DNA of 63,786 nucleotides, counting the filler, from Catajapyx aquilonaris (Eukaryota): the NCBI GenBank assembly GCA_000934665.2. It is 3 parts of 3 records of this genome, joined end to end, with 100 filler letters (N's around TTAATTAATTAA, not from the genome) between each part and the next. Parts side by side here need not be neighbours in the genome. Positions count along the whole stretch, not along the records: positions 21,294 to 42,482 come from JYFJ02006115.1; 2 more parts are not named here. The stretch is one strand, 5' to 3'. The notes under the pieces were generated by a model, which worked only from the letters and a program-made list of their open reading frames with translations, made no database searches and was not told the DNA's origin. The position numbers and the translations under genes were made by a program. Shown here in pieces: positions 24,243 through 36,900 of this stretch. Positions within the stretch are counted from its first letter, which is position 1. The number at the start of each line of letters is the position of its first letter.

Positions 24243-25518
24243 TTAAAAGGATTCTTAAAATTCGGACTTGATCAAGTTGTGCCAAAATTTCCGTTAAACC
24301 TGATGCTTAAGCAAGAACTTCTGAGACACTCAAAGTATTGGTGTACCTGGTAAGGGGCATTCCCCTCCCCTGGCCATTATGAAGTGGTTTTTCATTCTAC
24401 TAATTCTGTAAGTCTGATGAAAATCCTAGATAGTGAAATGCATCTTATCCACCTCAAAATTTCTTAACGCTCATAAAGAAATATTTATCAAGTCAAGCTT
24501 CCCTTGCATTATTGACCAGATATTCACATAGCCACTTTCACTTTGTATCTCACGGCAAAATGGCCACAATAATATTCGGCTAATAGTCAATCTGGGTGCT
24601 TTGGAATTGTGGTTTTATAACTGCTGCAGTAAGGTATTACTAAGTCACCTGATTTCATTAGGAAGTGTTACTACAGCATAAGCATGTCCACTCTGTTGTC
24701 ACAGTATTTTTAATATTCCCTGTGGTGTTGACCTTAACCCATCAATGTACTTCATTGGTCATTGTTCTGCTAGCCACCTTCCCATCATAACTTCATGGAC
24801 TTGTCATAGAATTAAGGCTCAGGAAATATCTTACTGCCTTGGGGCAACTAAAGCCACGTGTGCCAGTGTATGTATCATGAGCAAGTGGTGACCATTGCAA
24901 TAGGTATTAATTTTATCAATGCAAGAGTGATAGTGCGGATATTGATTTGTGAAACAGTGCCATGAAATTCACTGTCACCTGCCAACAAATTCAGTGCCAC
25001 AGCTAAAATAATGTGCCTTATTAAGTTCTGTACAGAACATAGGGCCAGCTGCATCAATACAAGTTAAGAGAAAAGTTATGTAGAGGTTTTTAAAATGGAT
25101 AAACAGGATGTTGTTTCTTAATAGGAGTTGACACAACTGGCCCCAAATCTCATTGAAATATAAGTACAAGAGATAAAGGACTTTTTAATGGCATAATGTA
25201 TACTTAGGACGTAATTTGCAGTGAGAGTGTCTCATATGGCATATTTTCAAGCTACTGTTGCTTTAATTTGTGGAGTCACTATGGTGCATGCTCTGTTTGT
25301 ATAAGAGAGCATGGACATGCAAGTTGTGGGAGGACCTACCTGGGAGTACTTTTTGGGAAGATAACTGGTGCAATAACGTGTGACCTAAATTGATAGTGGC
25401 TTCTGATATTATAGAATCTGTTATAGGGGCATAATGTAGCATACTGACTGTTGAAGAGTGCATGTATGTATTGTGTATGTTATGGAATAACCTACCCCCC
25501 TTTTTTTTCTCACACCAG

Positions 25519-25534
25519 GGTCAAGGGATAACTT
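25519..25534 (+). CDS. Candidate alternative GPDH micro-exon (C-terminus ...HMVKG*)
   Basis: Acceptor CCCCCTTTTTTTTCTCACACCAG| then GGTCAAGGGATAACTT then |GTAAGT; in phase with the AT| donor it reads ATG GTC AAG GGA TAA. Confidence 0.4.
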
Positions 25535-25667
25535 GTAAGTTCACAAGCCCCTCTGTTGCAAAAAAAATTTAAAAATGAAGAGTCTAATCTAGCCAGTGAA
25601 AACAATTACAATGTGCATGGCAGCGACATGGCAGCTAGCTGACCATCACATTATTTTGCGAACTTTA

Positions 25668-25880
25668 CGTGATTTACAATGGCTCTGATTTTTACAAGCA
25701 GAGTAAGCAAATGAAATTTTGTGTAAATAAGAAGGTAACAGATATATCTGTAAAAAAATGACATTATTTTTCTAAATTTGTGATTTACAATAGCTCTGAT
25801 TTTTACTAGGCAAAGTAAGAAAATCAAATTATATTGTGTAAATAAGAAGGTATCAGATATCTATGTAAAAAAAAATGACT
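25668..25880. repeat. Two-copy tandem duplication (~110-bp unit)
   Basis: GTGATTTACAAT.GCTCTGATTTTTAC...TTGTGTAAATAAGAAGGTA.CAGATAT...TGTAAAAAAATGAC occurs twice head to tail. Confidence 0.8.
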
Positions 25881-28800
25881 AATGAACACTTTTTGGATAT
25901 ACTTTTTGTTTCATTTTGGTTTTTAAAAGTTGCTGCAGGAGCATGATATGTAATGAGTTTATCCTTATTATCAGATGTCTGGAATACTGTACCAAGCCAT
26001 AAATAGGATAAACTCGCTACGCATCAGGCATCCGCAGTAGCCCGTGATGGCAAGGTATTAGGTAAAAGTTTAAGAAGGAGATGAATAACGAAACTTGCAG
26101 AACTGTATTTATTAAAAGAAAAAAAATTAGGTCACATTTCGTAAGAAGCTGGTTAACAATAATAAGACAGGTGTTGGATACACTCCAGTAGCAGCTCTGT
26201 TGACAAAATTCAAGTGTTCTTCCACAAAATAATGTGCTTTCTCTGTGGCTTTTCGCCATCACTAGAAAACAAAGTGAAAATTTTCTAACCACATGAAGTT
26301 AACAAGAATTACCTCATAAATATGAAAACAGTAACATGATAGATCATGGGTCAGAGGACGCCACCAAACACTGCCTCTGGGGTGGGTTGCATCAAAATGT
26401 GATTGCGTTTTTTTTTTTTAATGGAAAAAAGATGAAAATGATTCCACTTCTAGCATGCACTTCAGAATGCGATGTCTCCCCGTCTAATAACAAGTCATTT
26501 ATCGACTTGTGGATTAACATGAAACAAGGACAATGTGATTTTGTCCCTTAAAACATCAATAGCACTATTTTTTTACCTGACTCCTCCCAAATTTTGCAAA
26601 AAAGTGAAATGCCACCTGACTTATTAGGGTTAACTGAGCTTCTTTGGCATTTTGTACATTTCACTAGAGGGAATGCTCAGATAAGCATTATGGATCATAT
26701 TCAGAGAACCGCAGGGTCTAACTTTTATTCCTGTCGGAATAAGCAGGTCTACAAGGAGTCTCACTTGAGAACATTGAATAGGCTTATATCCTCCTATCCC
26801 AGGGTGGAATAAAGTGTGATGTCACTCAGTATGGCAAACAGTGTCCCTGTAGCCAACTGGTGTCACTAAAGCATCTAGCAGCAGCTATCAAACTCTTCTG
26901 GCAACTTGATATATACCAGTTTTTTTATTTTCTTGCTCTAAACCCCTTGCATTGAACTTTTAATGACACCTTCAAATATAACTGCTGACATTTGTGGTAT
27001 TGCCATGTTGTGCCCAGGAATAATAGGGAACTACTTTGAAAGTGTTCGTGAATGAGCCTTGACCAGCTTATTTTGCCCTTATTCCTGGAATTCTGAATAT
27101 GAGACATTTCCCTATTCAAAAATTATGACCCTGTAAGACTAAACCCAGCCATAAAAACTGGCATTGTGCATACATTATGAATACACAATATAAGTTTTTA
27201 TGAAGACATTGTTGTGCGAATGCAGGCATGTTTTTGAACACCAATTACTTCAATCGATGTTCATAATCGAGAAACTGGGGTCACAATGAACTTTTTTAAC
27301 AAGTTACACAACAGTATTTTGAATCGCATGATTCATTCATTCATTCATTACATCACCGCATAATCCCAGAAATGGGGTAGCCAGCGACGACTAGTGTCTC
27401 GTTGGGTTGCCATGTCAAAAACTTGGTAGGGTTTTTGTTTAAGTGGGGTGGAACCAAAGCAACTAAGGCTATCTGGGGGCCTTCCAGTACTTCAATAAGG
27501 CATTGCACCATTACAAGTATTATGATAAGGGGGCATGTGGGACTCAATTTTTTTTTTAATGCAGGAATTACTGTGTTCATTGTCTATCAGTTAATTTTTA
27601 TATAAGTGGTGACAAGATAACAATTTTCTACAGGGCAAAAACAAGCTAATGAGCTGTGGGTATAATCTACCATTTACGTGCAACAAGTAAGTTGATGGAA
27701 TGTTTCAGCCCGCTTCAGGGTCTCTGTTAATGTCAGCTTTGTTCTTCTCTAAGGACTTGTTGTATGAAGGCAAATTAGGGAAAATCGCCAATACCAAATC
27801 CGACATTTGCAGATTCTTCCTTAATATGAGTTGATACAACCAGTCCTTATGGAGATGCGTAATACCATATTAACAATTGAAAGAGAACACGACTGGGTTG
27901 GAAAACTTTTTGGAGTGACAATTCCTGGTGTTGCACTTTCCTGTAACTCAAATGACAGCTTGAATTATTCCTAAGATGTTTTTACCCACTCTTTTGCCCA
28001 ATGACAGCTAGATGGTTTCAGTGCTGGGGTTTTGTTGTTGTTGTTGTTGTTGGCGTGGTTGTGGTGCAGATCCTGCACAGACTGCTATACAAAGCGGATG
28101 AGGGCTCAAAGGGAGGCATTCAAATCCACATCCATTTTTTATCGCCTGTCCTCAATTCTACAAGTGAGGTCACTAAATATGGTTTGTATGCAGACCATAA
28201 ATTTTCACTCACTGAGGTATGTAGGTTTCCACTTGACTGACTAACACTTGGGCATGATGTTCAACACTATTGCTTCAAACAACTAACAGCCTATGTTGAG
28301 GAGAGGAGTGAAATTCAACAAGAATGAAAGATATGTTACCTGGAAAATTTTTGCACTTTGAACATTGCAATGGCACAAAGATACTCCGCTAAATAAAACA
28401 AACCAGGTACGTTGGAAACCTGCATCGCACAAATTGAAATATATTTTGCTGTAAAATGCATTGGGACTACTCTGCAACATGGGCAATGTGGGACAACATT
28501 CAGTTGGACATAGGACTGCAGGAAAAAATTCAAATCTACTGGAGCACATAGCAGTTGGTCATCATGTTTGACTTGGAATTTGTTAAATTTTATATGGGCC
28601 AATGTTATTGACTACACCTGTGTCAGTAATATAACTAGGGGACTCTGCAAATAAAAACTCCACTCCAAGCATTTTTAAGGATCTAAATTGGCCAATCAGG
28701 GCAGAATTCATGGGTATAATTACTTCCTATTAGTCTTCTATGAGGAATGAGTTCCATTTGATTTTCATGCCTTACTCAATGCGCTTATTACTAACCCTGC

Positions 28801-30349
28801 GATTGTTATTAACCTGTATTACTGTAAAAGGGTTAAAGCTGAGTACTTTTCTTAAGAGGTTGATTGATGTACCGTACCTGAAATGGCAAGGTGTTTTCTT
28901 GCTTGTTGCCATGTAATCATATCAGTTGGCCTCTTACAGCAGAGGTTTTGACCCTGCAATTTGCTGACAACTGTGATGGCTAGTATGCATATATGGTTAG
29001 GTATCTGTCAAAAGTATTAGTAGTAAGAACTTCACTGGTGTGTGCACTGCCACAATTTTATTGATTCCTATATCATTAACAGTAGGTGTCATCTGAGAAA
29101 GATTAGATATCCTTTGCGTAAGAGGTGGACTGATCCCAAATGACAAGCATGGGGCATTATGCAGTACTAGATAGAGACAAGTAAAAAAATCTGACCTCTT
29201 AGGAATGGCTACTTCTTCCCTTCTGTGCAAGTAGTTAAAAGAGTGGGTTTGTGATATCACTCTTTTCCTACAGCATCAAGTTCTTTCCTCCATATCTAAG
29301 AAGTATCTGCAATTGTGGCAAGTAGCCTTTCCACTTGCTCTCTGTTGGTGGTAGTCCTCGTAGCACCTAGAAGCTCTTCATGGTTCCACTTGCGCTTCCT
29401 CTTCCTCAAATGTACATTTAGCTATGTAGTTATTAAAAATAGTTTGGCTCTTATTACTGATTATTTATTTCATTATTTTTAAATGATTTCTTCATTCAGA
29501 ACTAACATCTTTCATTTGTATGCAGCAATTGCAACCATAATCAGGATTGCATTTTGTTGCAATTCACTTTGCATGTGTGCATGTTACAAGCAATGCTTAT
29601 GGTATGGTTGTTTGCAGCATGCTTGAGTCCAACATTAATTTGGGTGGCCGACAAGATGAGTGTGATTTCTTGAGATAACATGGACTACATTTTGTCTGCT
29701 TCCAAACTGATTGGCCAGATGAAGTCACTTGAAAATTTTCTGTTAATAAATGGGTAACACTAAAGTGGTGTGATGGATCTGTTTGGTGTCACATGAAGGC
29801 CTAGGAAGCAAGGCCCAGCATAATGACCTTTAGTAACCATGCACTGGCAAAATGACAGACACTTTCGTCATTTGTGCCTACTTCCCCTGAAAAGTTCGTT
29901 TTAAAAGACCTTGCCTGATGTTCAGTGGCAATATGTCAAAGAAAACGTGTCACTGCTCAGTGTGTTAAAAGTAAGCCAATGAAGCCATTGGTGTGGGACA
30001 CAGTAAAAGCACTTGAGTGTGAAAGTAAAATTACTGATACCATCCACAGTCGTAGAGACAGTAAGAAGAAATTGATGCCAGAATTACTTGTGAGACTTGG
30101 GATGCACAATGACTTTTTCTAACAAGTTAACCTGGATTGAGGAGAGATGTGGATTCCCAAGTAGCATTTTAGCTCGAGCCAATGAGGCTGAGAGGGTGCT
30201 GATGATTCCGATTGGGGAACTGCTTCCTAGACCAGCAGGCAGAGTGGATAGCAGTCTGTTCTGTTGTGTAAGCACAGTGTAGGTTGTGAGCACGTATGAC
30301 TCACGAATAATGACAGGCTATTCCAAACCTTTATTTTCTTTCTATCCAG

Positions 30350-30365
30350 GAGGTCAAAATTATAA
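30350..30365 (+). CDS. Candidate alternative terminal exon of GPDH adding PTS1 (...HMRSKL*)
   Basis: Acceptor CCTTTATTTTCTTTCTATCCAG|G AGG TCA AAA TTA TAA completes the split codon AT|G from donor 22150/22151; AATAAA signals downstream near 31117 and 31134. Confidence 0.6.
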
Positions 30366-31359
30366 GGATGAAGAGGAAGGTTGACACCTGGACAGCAAAT
30401 CATTGGAAGACTGAGAGGGGCAGTTGTTGTGTTCCAGGAAGTATGCTTCCAGGAAATTGCAGCAATCACTGTATTATGCATATTCCTTTTTTTTCTTTTT
30501 TTTCCATTTTTGTCTCCCAGTCATTTAAATGTGTAGTTGTACTTATCTGAAGTATCTAATTGTTGTGTTATGACAAATATTACAGCAATAAGTTGACATG
30601 ATGACCACCTTTTAAGTTAGCTACTTTGGGAAACTCGGGTGCATGGGCTGATGATCAGTTTTGCATAAATTTCCAGGTGGCCTTGACTTGTGTGATGGCT
30701 TGAGTGAAGAAATTTTTAAGTGCTCCCTCTTTTTGAGGTAGCCACATTTAGTAGGGCATAGGGAGTAGGTAGTAATAGTGCAGTGATGTAAAGGATCTTG
30801 GATTGAAATGCTCAAGGCAGTTTATATTGTGGTTTTGCACAAGAGGGTATTAGGTCTGTTTCATCATGCATGCTTAGAAGTCAAAGGCATGGTAAAATGT
30901 CAACAGCAATTTTTTTGTAAATACAACAGCAGTGTTGAGGTAGTGTAATTTCCCATGTAACATTTGGATGCATATATTTTTATGGCATTGAACATACTGT
31001 ATATTACAAATCAACCACATCCGACCAACATGGTGAACTGTGCAATATTGCTGGCTCCCACCAGCAAAAAAACACCTTTGTAGTAGTCCATATTGTGATG
31101 AAACATTGATATTGAAAATAAATGTTGAGATAAAATAAAAAACTAAACTTAATTCAGTGAGAGTTCTTTCATGTCATATTTTCTCAAGCTGCTGCTGATA
31201 GTACAGCATATGACGGCAGATCAAGATAGACTGAAACATTTCCCACACTGCACTGTCTTGTTTCTCTACTTTTCTACGTAAGTCTCATGGGTTCAAATAA
31301 CTATGCACATTTATGTTGGCAGTTAACTTTTTTATGTTTTTCTGCGTGGTATCAATAGT

Positions 31360-32010
31360 AATAATTATAATAATAATTATTATTATAATAATAGATTTAT
31401 TACCCTTCTCCTACAAACATGTTCAGGGTGGGGAGGGGGACTCACCATTATTATACTAATGTATTAATTTACAGATAATGCATTTATCGTACACTGAATC
31501 AAGGGGTCATAGTATTATGTCGCAGAATTGAAGTCTTTTTGATGATGCCATAAAATAGTTGTACAGACTGAACATGTCTTTTTTCACCAAATGTTGAAAG
31601 AGTAAACTCGCTGAATAAGAGGGGAACTGGGGCAACCCAGCCAAAAATTTATCTCTATACTCTGAGAAAAAGTAACATTCATACAAAAAGTGGAAAAGGT
31701 CAAAAGCGTCTGAGTGATTACATAGTGTACAGTGGTTATCTTGATCCAAGCGGAGAATGTATCCTTTTAACCAATAAGATGTAGAGTTGTTTCTTAGATT
31801 AGCAGTCAGTCTTATAACAGGAAGAGGTATGGTAACTGGTAATCGAAGTAACTTTCTCTTAGATGGTCCGTTAATAAGTACTTATAGTGGGCATAGTTCT
31901 CTTTTAAATTAGAGCCACAAGTAATATCCTCAGTTATAGAAGATTGAATAAAAGATTCTACAATGTTCTCTAAATTAATTTTATCTAAGTTGTTGAACCA
32001 GATCACCACA
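31360..32010 (-). mobile_element. 5'-truncated degenerate LINE 3' end, related to the element at 43971-48588
   Basis: Minus-strand peptides ANLRNNSTSYWLKGYILRLDQDNHCTLCNHSDAFDLFHFLYEC parallel ANLRNESAWFYINGYKIQLDLENYCSLCNIKEEFTIHHMLYIC of the full LINE; ends in AATAAA plus a (TTA)n tail. Confidence 0.8.
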
Positions 32011-33951
32011 TAATTATCATCCTTGTATTACGTGATCCTTGTATTATTTCAGTTTGGTGAGAATGAAGGCTAAATCCTTGTAGAATTCTTCCAGGTACAC
32101 AGAATGAGAATGCCCTAGTGGTACTGATTCATTGTTGGCATCATTATGGAGCAGCATTGTTTTGAGGTTTCTTTTCGATGAGTCAATAAATAACATCCAT
32201 ACATTCACATCATACGTACATACTGTATATTAAACTTTTCCATCAGTTCAGTAAAACAAGTAAAACAGGCCACCATCTTGAGAAAAGTACAGAATAAAAT
32301 CCGGTTCTTTGTTTCTGAACCATGACAAAGACGTACCAGAAGCCAATAAGTTATTTTCCTTGAGCCTATAGGTTCGGCAGAATCTTAAGGAAGACCCAAC
32401 CTGGGAGTTGCCTGGGAGTAATAATAATATTTGTAAATCTTTTAATTCAAGCTGTGAAAAAGTTGGAATCACTACCTGAAACATTATGAAAGTCCTTATC
32501 ATAAGTATGATCTTTTTCAGAGTGTTTAGGCATGTCTTCTACTTTCTCTGGAGGTACACTACAGGTATTCCTGGACCATGAAGAAAAAGGGGTATTGCTG
32601 ACATGAGGTTTGGAAAGAAAATTCCCCTGTTATTATTTCGATTGAGCCCAGGTAAGCTACACGAACAAAAGTATCAGTCATCATGGGATTTCAGGGTTCA
32701 GGGTTCCCTCCTCTCCCGATCACAGGGACTCCAAATGTCCAAATGGTAGACTTTATCTCACCTTTTGACCTCTTATGAAGGTCTTCTACACACGTGTGAC
32801 ACTCTGTGGGGGCCATGGGTTATCATGCTCACAACCAAGGGACACTTTCCAAGTGCCACTCGTGGATTTTCATGAAATTTGGTGCATTCTCAAGGAATGA
32901 AAAACGCACCTAAAGTGACCTGCTAAAAATGACCTGTGACTCCCTTTGGAGGTCAACCTGTAATATCCGAAAACTCTCCGATTTTATTGGAATTCAGTGC
33001 ATTGGTGCAAGGGATGAAAAAGACACCTAAAATTACCTGCTCAAAATGACCATGTGACCACATTTTGAGGGGGTTAGAAGTCAACTCGTAATATTCCTAA
33101 AACTCCAAATTCCCATTTTTGATGGCGTCTTCAACTTTTAATGGTATATCATCTGTGCCCAATTTTATCACATTGTTCGGAAAAACGAACATTTCATAGC
33201 AGTTGGCTGCTGAAATGGAAGAACGTGATGCTCCTAAGGCAGCTGCAGGAAGTGCCAGAACCAGTGGAGCTGCCTCGTCCACTGCCACTACCTTCCCAGT
33301 TCGTGCTTCCGCAACACCGAAGGTGGCCAATGTGTGCAACCACTCCCCAACCAGGTACTGGCCCTTCACAAACCCCCTGTCGTCCCCAGGGGTACATGTC
33401 GCACAGGAGCAGCCAGATGAATGTGATCAGCCCCGTGGCCTGTTATATTAACGACAAGCCTCTCCCACCACTAGTGACTCAGGTAAAACCAAAGGTTAGT
33501 TGTAGGCCTAATATTTGCAAAAGAAAATGTCCACAATCAAATCAGACGAATGAAGTCAGGTTAATGGTCATTTGTCATCACACAATTTCAGGCCACCTCC
33601 CCAGGATCAACTCCAAGAAACTGCATGCCTGGTAATGGGGTCGTCGCCAGCCTTTAGAGAATGAAAATCAGCAGCCGGCCACCCCTGACCCATCCAAGGA
33701 GTAACATAAAGACATGGCTCCAATTCTTCCAGAGAAGTGGTATGAACCGCCAGCCGTAAGTGTCTTGAAGTTGTCAGAAGCAAGGGTGATGCTGTCCTCT
33801 TCCCAAGTTGACAGTTGTATAGGTTGAATGAATGAATGAAACGGAGAAAGTAACAAAAACAGAAATAACCAAAACAATTTATTAGCTTTAAGTGCCCACA
33901 TATTAGTAAACTTCGCTGTAGGATCAGCGGCATCCTTTGCCACTCACTGAC

Positions 33952-36900
33952 TCATTTATTGTCAGCGTCATCATCCGTCTCGGCATCAGCTGCATCTGAA
34001 TTATCCTCCGTGGGCAAGACGATATCGTCTTCTGACTCACCATCTTCTTCTGTCGGATCTTCCTCGTCTTCACTGCCACAACCTGAAGATCCATCCTCCA
34101 CCTTTGCAGGATGGCAGAGAAAAAATGATAAAATTGTGCTTTTCGCAACTTGCAACTACTCATAGTTTTATGTTCTCAGGGAGTCAACATATAAGACAAC
34201 ATTTCTACGCATACAACCAGAGTAATTGTTACCTCCTCCTTCTGCTGTTCTTCTTCATCTCTCTCCGTTTCTGCCTCCTCCTTCTGCTGTTGTTCTTCGT
34301 CTGTTTCTGCCTCCTCTTCCTCCCCCTCCCCCTCTTCCTCCTCCTCCTCCTCCTCCTCGGCCTTCCCCTTAAGTTTGAGTTTTCCCATGTACAGGGCCTC
34401 GCCCCAGCCACTGTCCCTGTACATCCTCTTCACAGCTTGTACCAGCTCCTCCAGTACTTTCCTCAGAGACGGGATCACGTTCAGCACCCTTCCACCTCCC
34501 AGCTCTCCCTCCTGAAATGGAAGCACCAATAATAATAATAACAACAAATCAGACATCCTTATGCTGAAGTAGGGGTCAGAAAGTACTGAGGCATATTCTT
34601 AATCTTGCATGAAAAATCGCTTGCCTTCCATCTGAAGATGGCCTTCTGCAGAAAGCGAGTCGAAGTTTGCACTTCTCGAAGGTGTTTCTCGACTGTGTCC
34701 TTCCGTGATTTAAGTATTCCCTTCAGGAAGGGGATGGCGTACTCCTTGTACTTCTGCACAAAAGCATTGCTCAGCTGCAGGAATAAAATAGTGAAGCATT
34801 GATGACCTCATTTCAAAAGTACCTTTGTCATGGCTAAAACACTAACAATTGCACTTCTACAATGGGCAATTACTCCCTTTGTATTAATGCAAATAAACAT
34901 AAAACTCTGTAGTAGGAAATTGATGTGGTTTGCTTGTCCTCTTACAGTAAAGGTCGAGTATGCCATAGTCTTGTTGAACATGTCGTGTTCGTACACGGCA
35001 GTGACTTGGTTAAAAATCTTGGTGTACTTGACCCATCTATCCATCCGATCATCCTCCGAGAGATCGTCACTGCCCGTTGCCAGTTTCTTCACAGCTTCAA
35101 CTAGAGCACTAAAAATACCCTTCTGGTACACATCAATTGACAGCCTGAAACGCATTAAAAATTTCATTCACACAGTCATAGTGCACAAAAGACAAAAAAA
35201 TGTCCCTGTTATTGTAAATGATCATTAACTTCTGTTCCCAAGAATCCAGATTTACACAATAGAGTTCAACACGTACTTGGAAAGAGTCGGGTATTCTTCT
35301 GAGGCACGCTCTCTCTTTCCTCGCACGGCTGCAACCTCAGCAACCAGATCCTGCGAAAGCTTGACCAGGACTACTGGGAGGTCAGAGCATTTGGTCAGGT
35401 ACACTCCAAGGATGAAACCCACTCCCAGGTTGAAAGCTGTGCCTTGAAGAACGTGCCCAGCGTTGTCCAGCCAGCGATGCTTCAGGTACTTGTTCGCACA
35501 CTCGCCTAAACCAACAAGTTACAGTTAACGAACTTCTTAACTGGTTTCAGCATAGCAGTAATTACACATATCAGTCATTACTTGCCTAAATCGCTGTGCA
35601 ACTGATCTGTAGGGCTTAACTTGATAACTGTTTCCAGCAGCTTAAGATGTGCAACAGCAGTGTCCAGTCGCAACACGCACTCCTGGAACCCGGCCAGGTA
35701 CTGGAAAGCTTCCGGCACCAGGCTGCTAACAGTAATGAGCTGAGAGCCACGCTGGTTTATCCGAAGGGCCATCTTGCTCAGGGTGGCTGCCACGAAAAAT
35801 AACAAAAATGAATTAATCCCAACATTCCAGAAGCAAACATTGGATCCCAGTAGATATTAGTCATTTGTAGGGGTAATTTTATGATGAAATCCAAGGGAAT
35901 TTACTCCTGAGAAGCCTCATGTTGCTCTTGCTGTGCAGGTCGTGCCATCCGAGCACTGAATTAATGGTCTGGAAGAGAAGCGAGAAGCAGGAGCCCATCC
36001 TTGCAGCCTCTTCCGTGAGCATTGCAAATGCGTCCAGCATGCCATCATTCGACTCAATCAAGTTCTGCCGAAGGAAACAAGTACACAAATGAAGTCACCA
36101 GAAACATGCTGAATGTAACGGACATTTCGTTATAGTAGGAAATCTGACTTTTGAAGAATTCAGCAAAAATACTGTTACAACAGTTTGTGTTTCACCTGGA
36201 AGTACTTGAAGACCTTTTCCAGGTGGGAGCAGAGTGACGGAAGGAGATTGATGCATTGCCTGGCTAATTCCTCTTCGGTGTAATTGGCGGTTAGGTGAGT
36301 AAAGCCAATGCTCTTTCCAGTATATCTGGACCTGCTTCGGACAGGAGCGGCCTTCTTGCCGTCATGTGCGACCAGACAATAGTCCAGCTTACATTTAAGA
36401 TCTTCAAGCAGGAATAAAAGCACCTCCGGAACTAGCAAGTCATCCTGAAAAACATGGATCAAACAGTAGCTATCTCTTTAAAAAATCACTCCAGGATGAA
36501 CCTCACCTCCCATATTGATTCGAGACAAAGCATCTCTTTCAGGAGCTCCATCACAACAAAATCCATCTCTCGCAGAAATGGAATGAGCTTAGTAGCTCCA
36601 ATCTCACCCACGCATTGCTTACTCTGCCCATGGACAGAAGCAACCTCGTCCTGGGTGGTTGGATGCTGACTCCTGCCACTTGTCAGAGACACTCCGGACG
36701 CATGGCTTGGCTGGTGGGATACGACTCGCTGAGTGGTGGATTTTCCCTTCCCCTTTCCCTTTCCTTTACCACTGAAAAAATTGAGAGGAGTAGTCCATAT
36801 GCATATTCCCATAGCGTAGGCTACTCACCTCTTCCCGGATGATTTCTTCTTCCTCCCAGCTTTGGAAGATTTTTGCAGTGCTGCACAGCTGCCTTCGTGC

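Noticed and set aside
29274..29325. Another possible GPDH terminal exon (...HIIKFFPPYLRSICNCGK*)
   Set aside because: The acceptor is plausible but would replace the conserved Met and adds no recognisable signal; chance acceptors are expected in 8 kb.
33200..33640. Plus-strand exon-like ORFs downstream of FANCD2
   Set aside because: Splice-like sites exist, but there is no recognisable homology or consistent model, and the segment adjoins repeat-like TGACC-rich sequence.
34104..34532. Leu/Phe-rich 142-aa plus-strand ORF as a membrane protein
   Set aside because: It is the antisense shadow of the Glu-rich FANCD2 tail exon.
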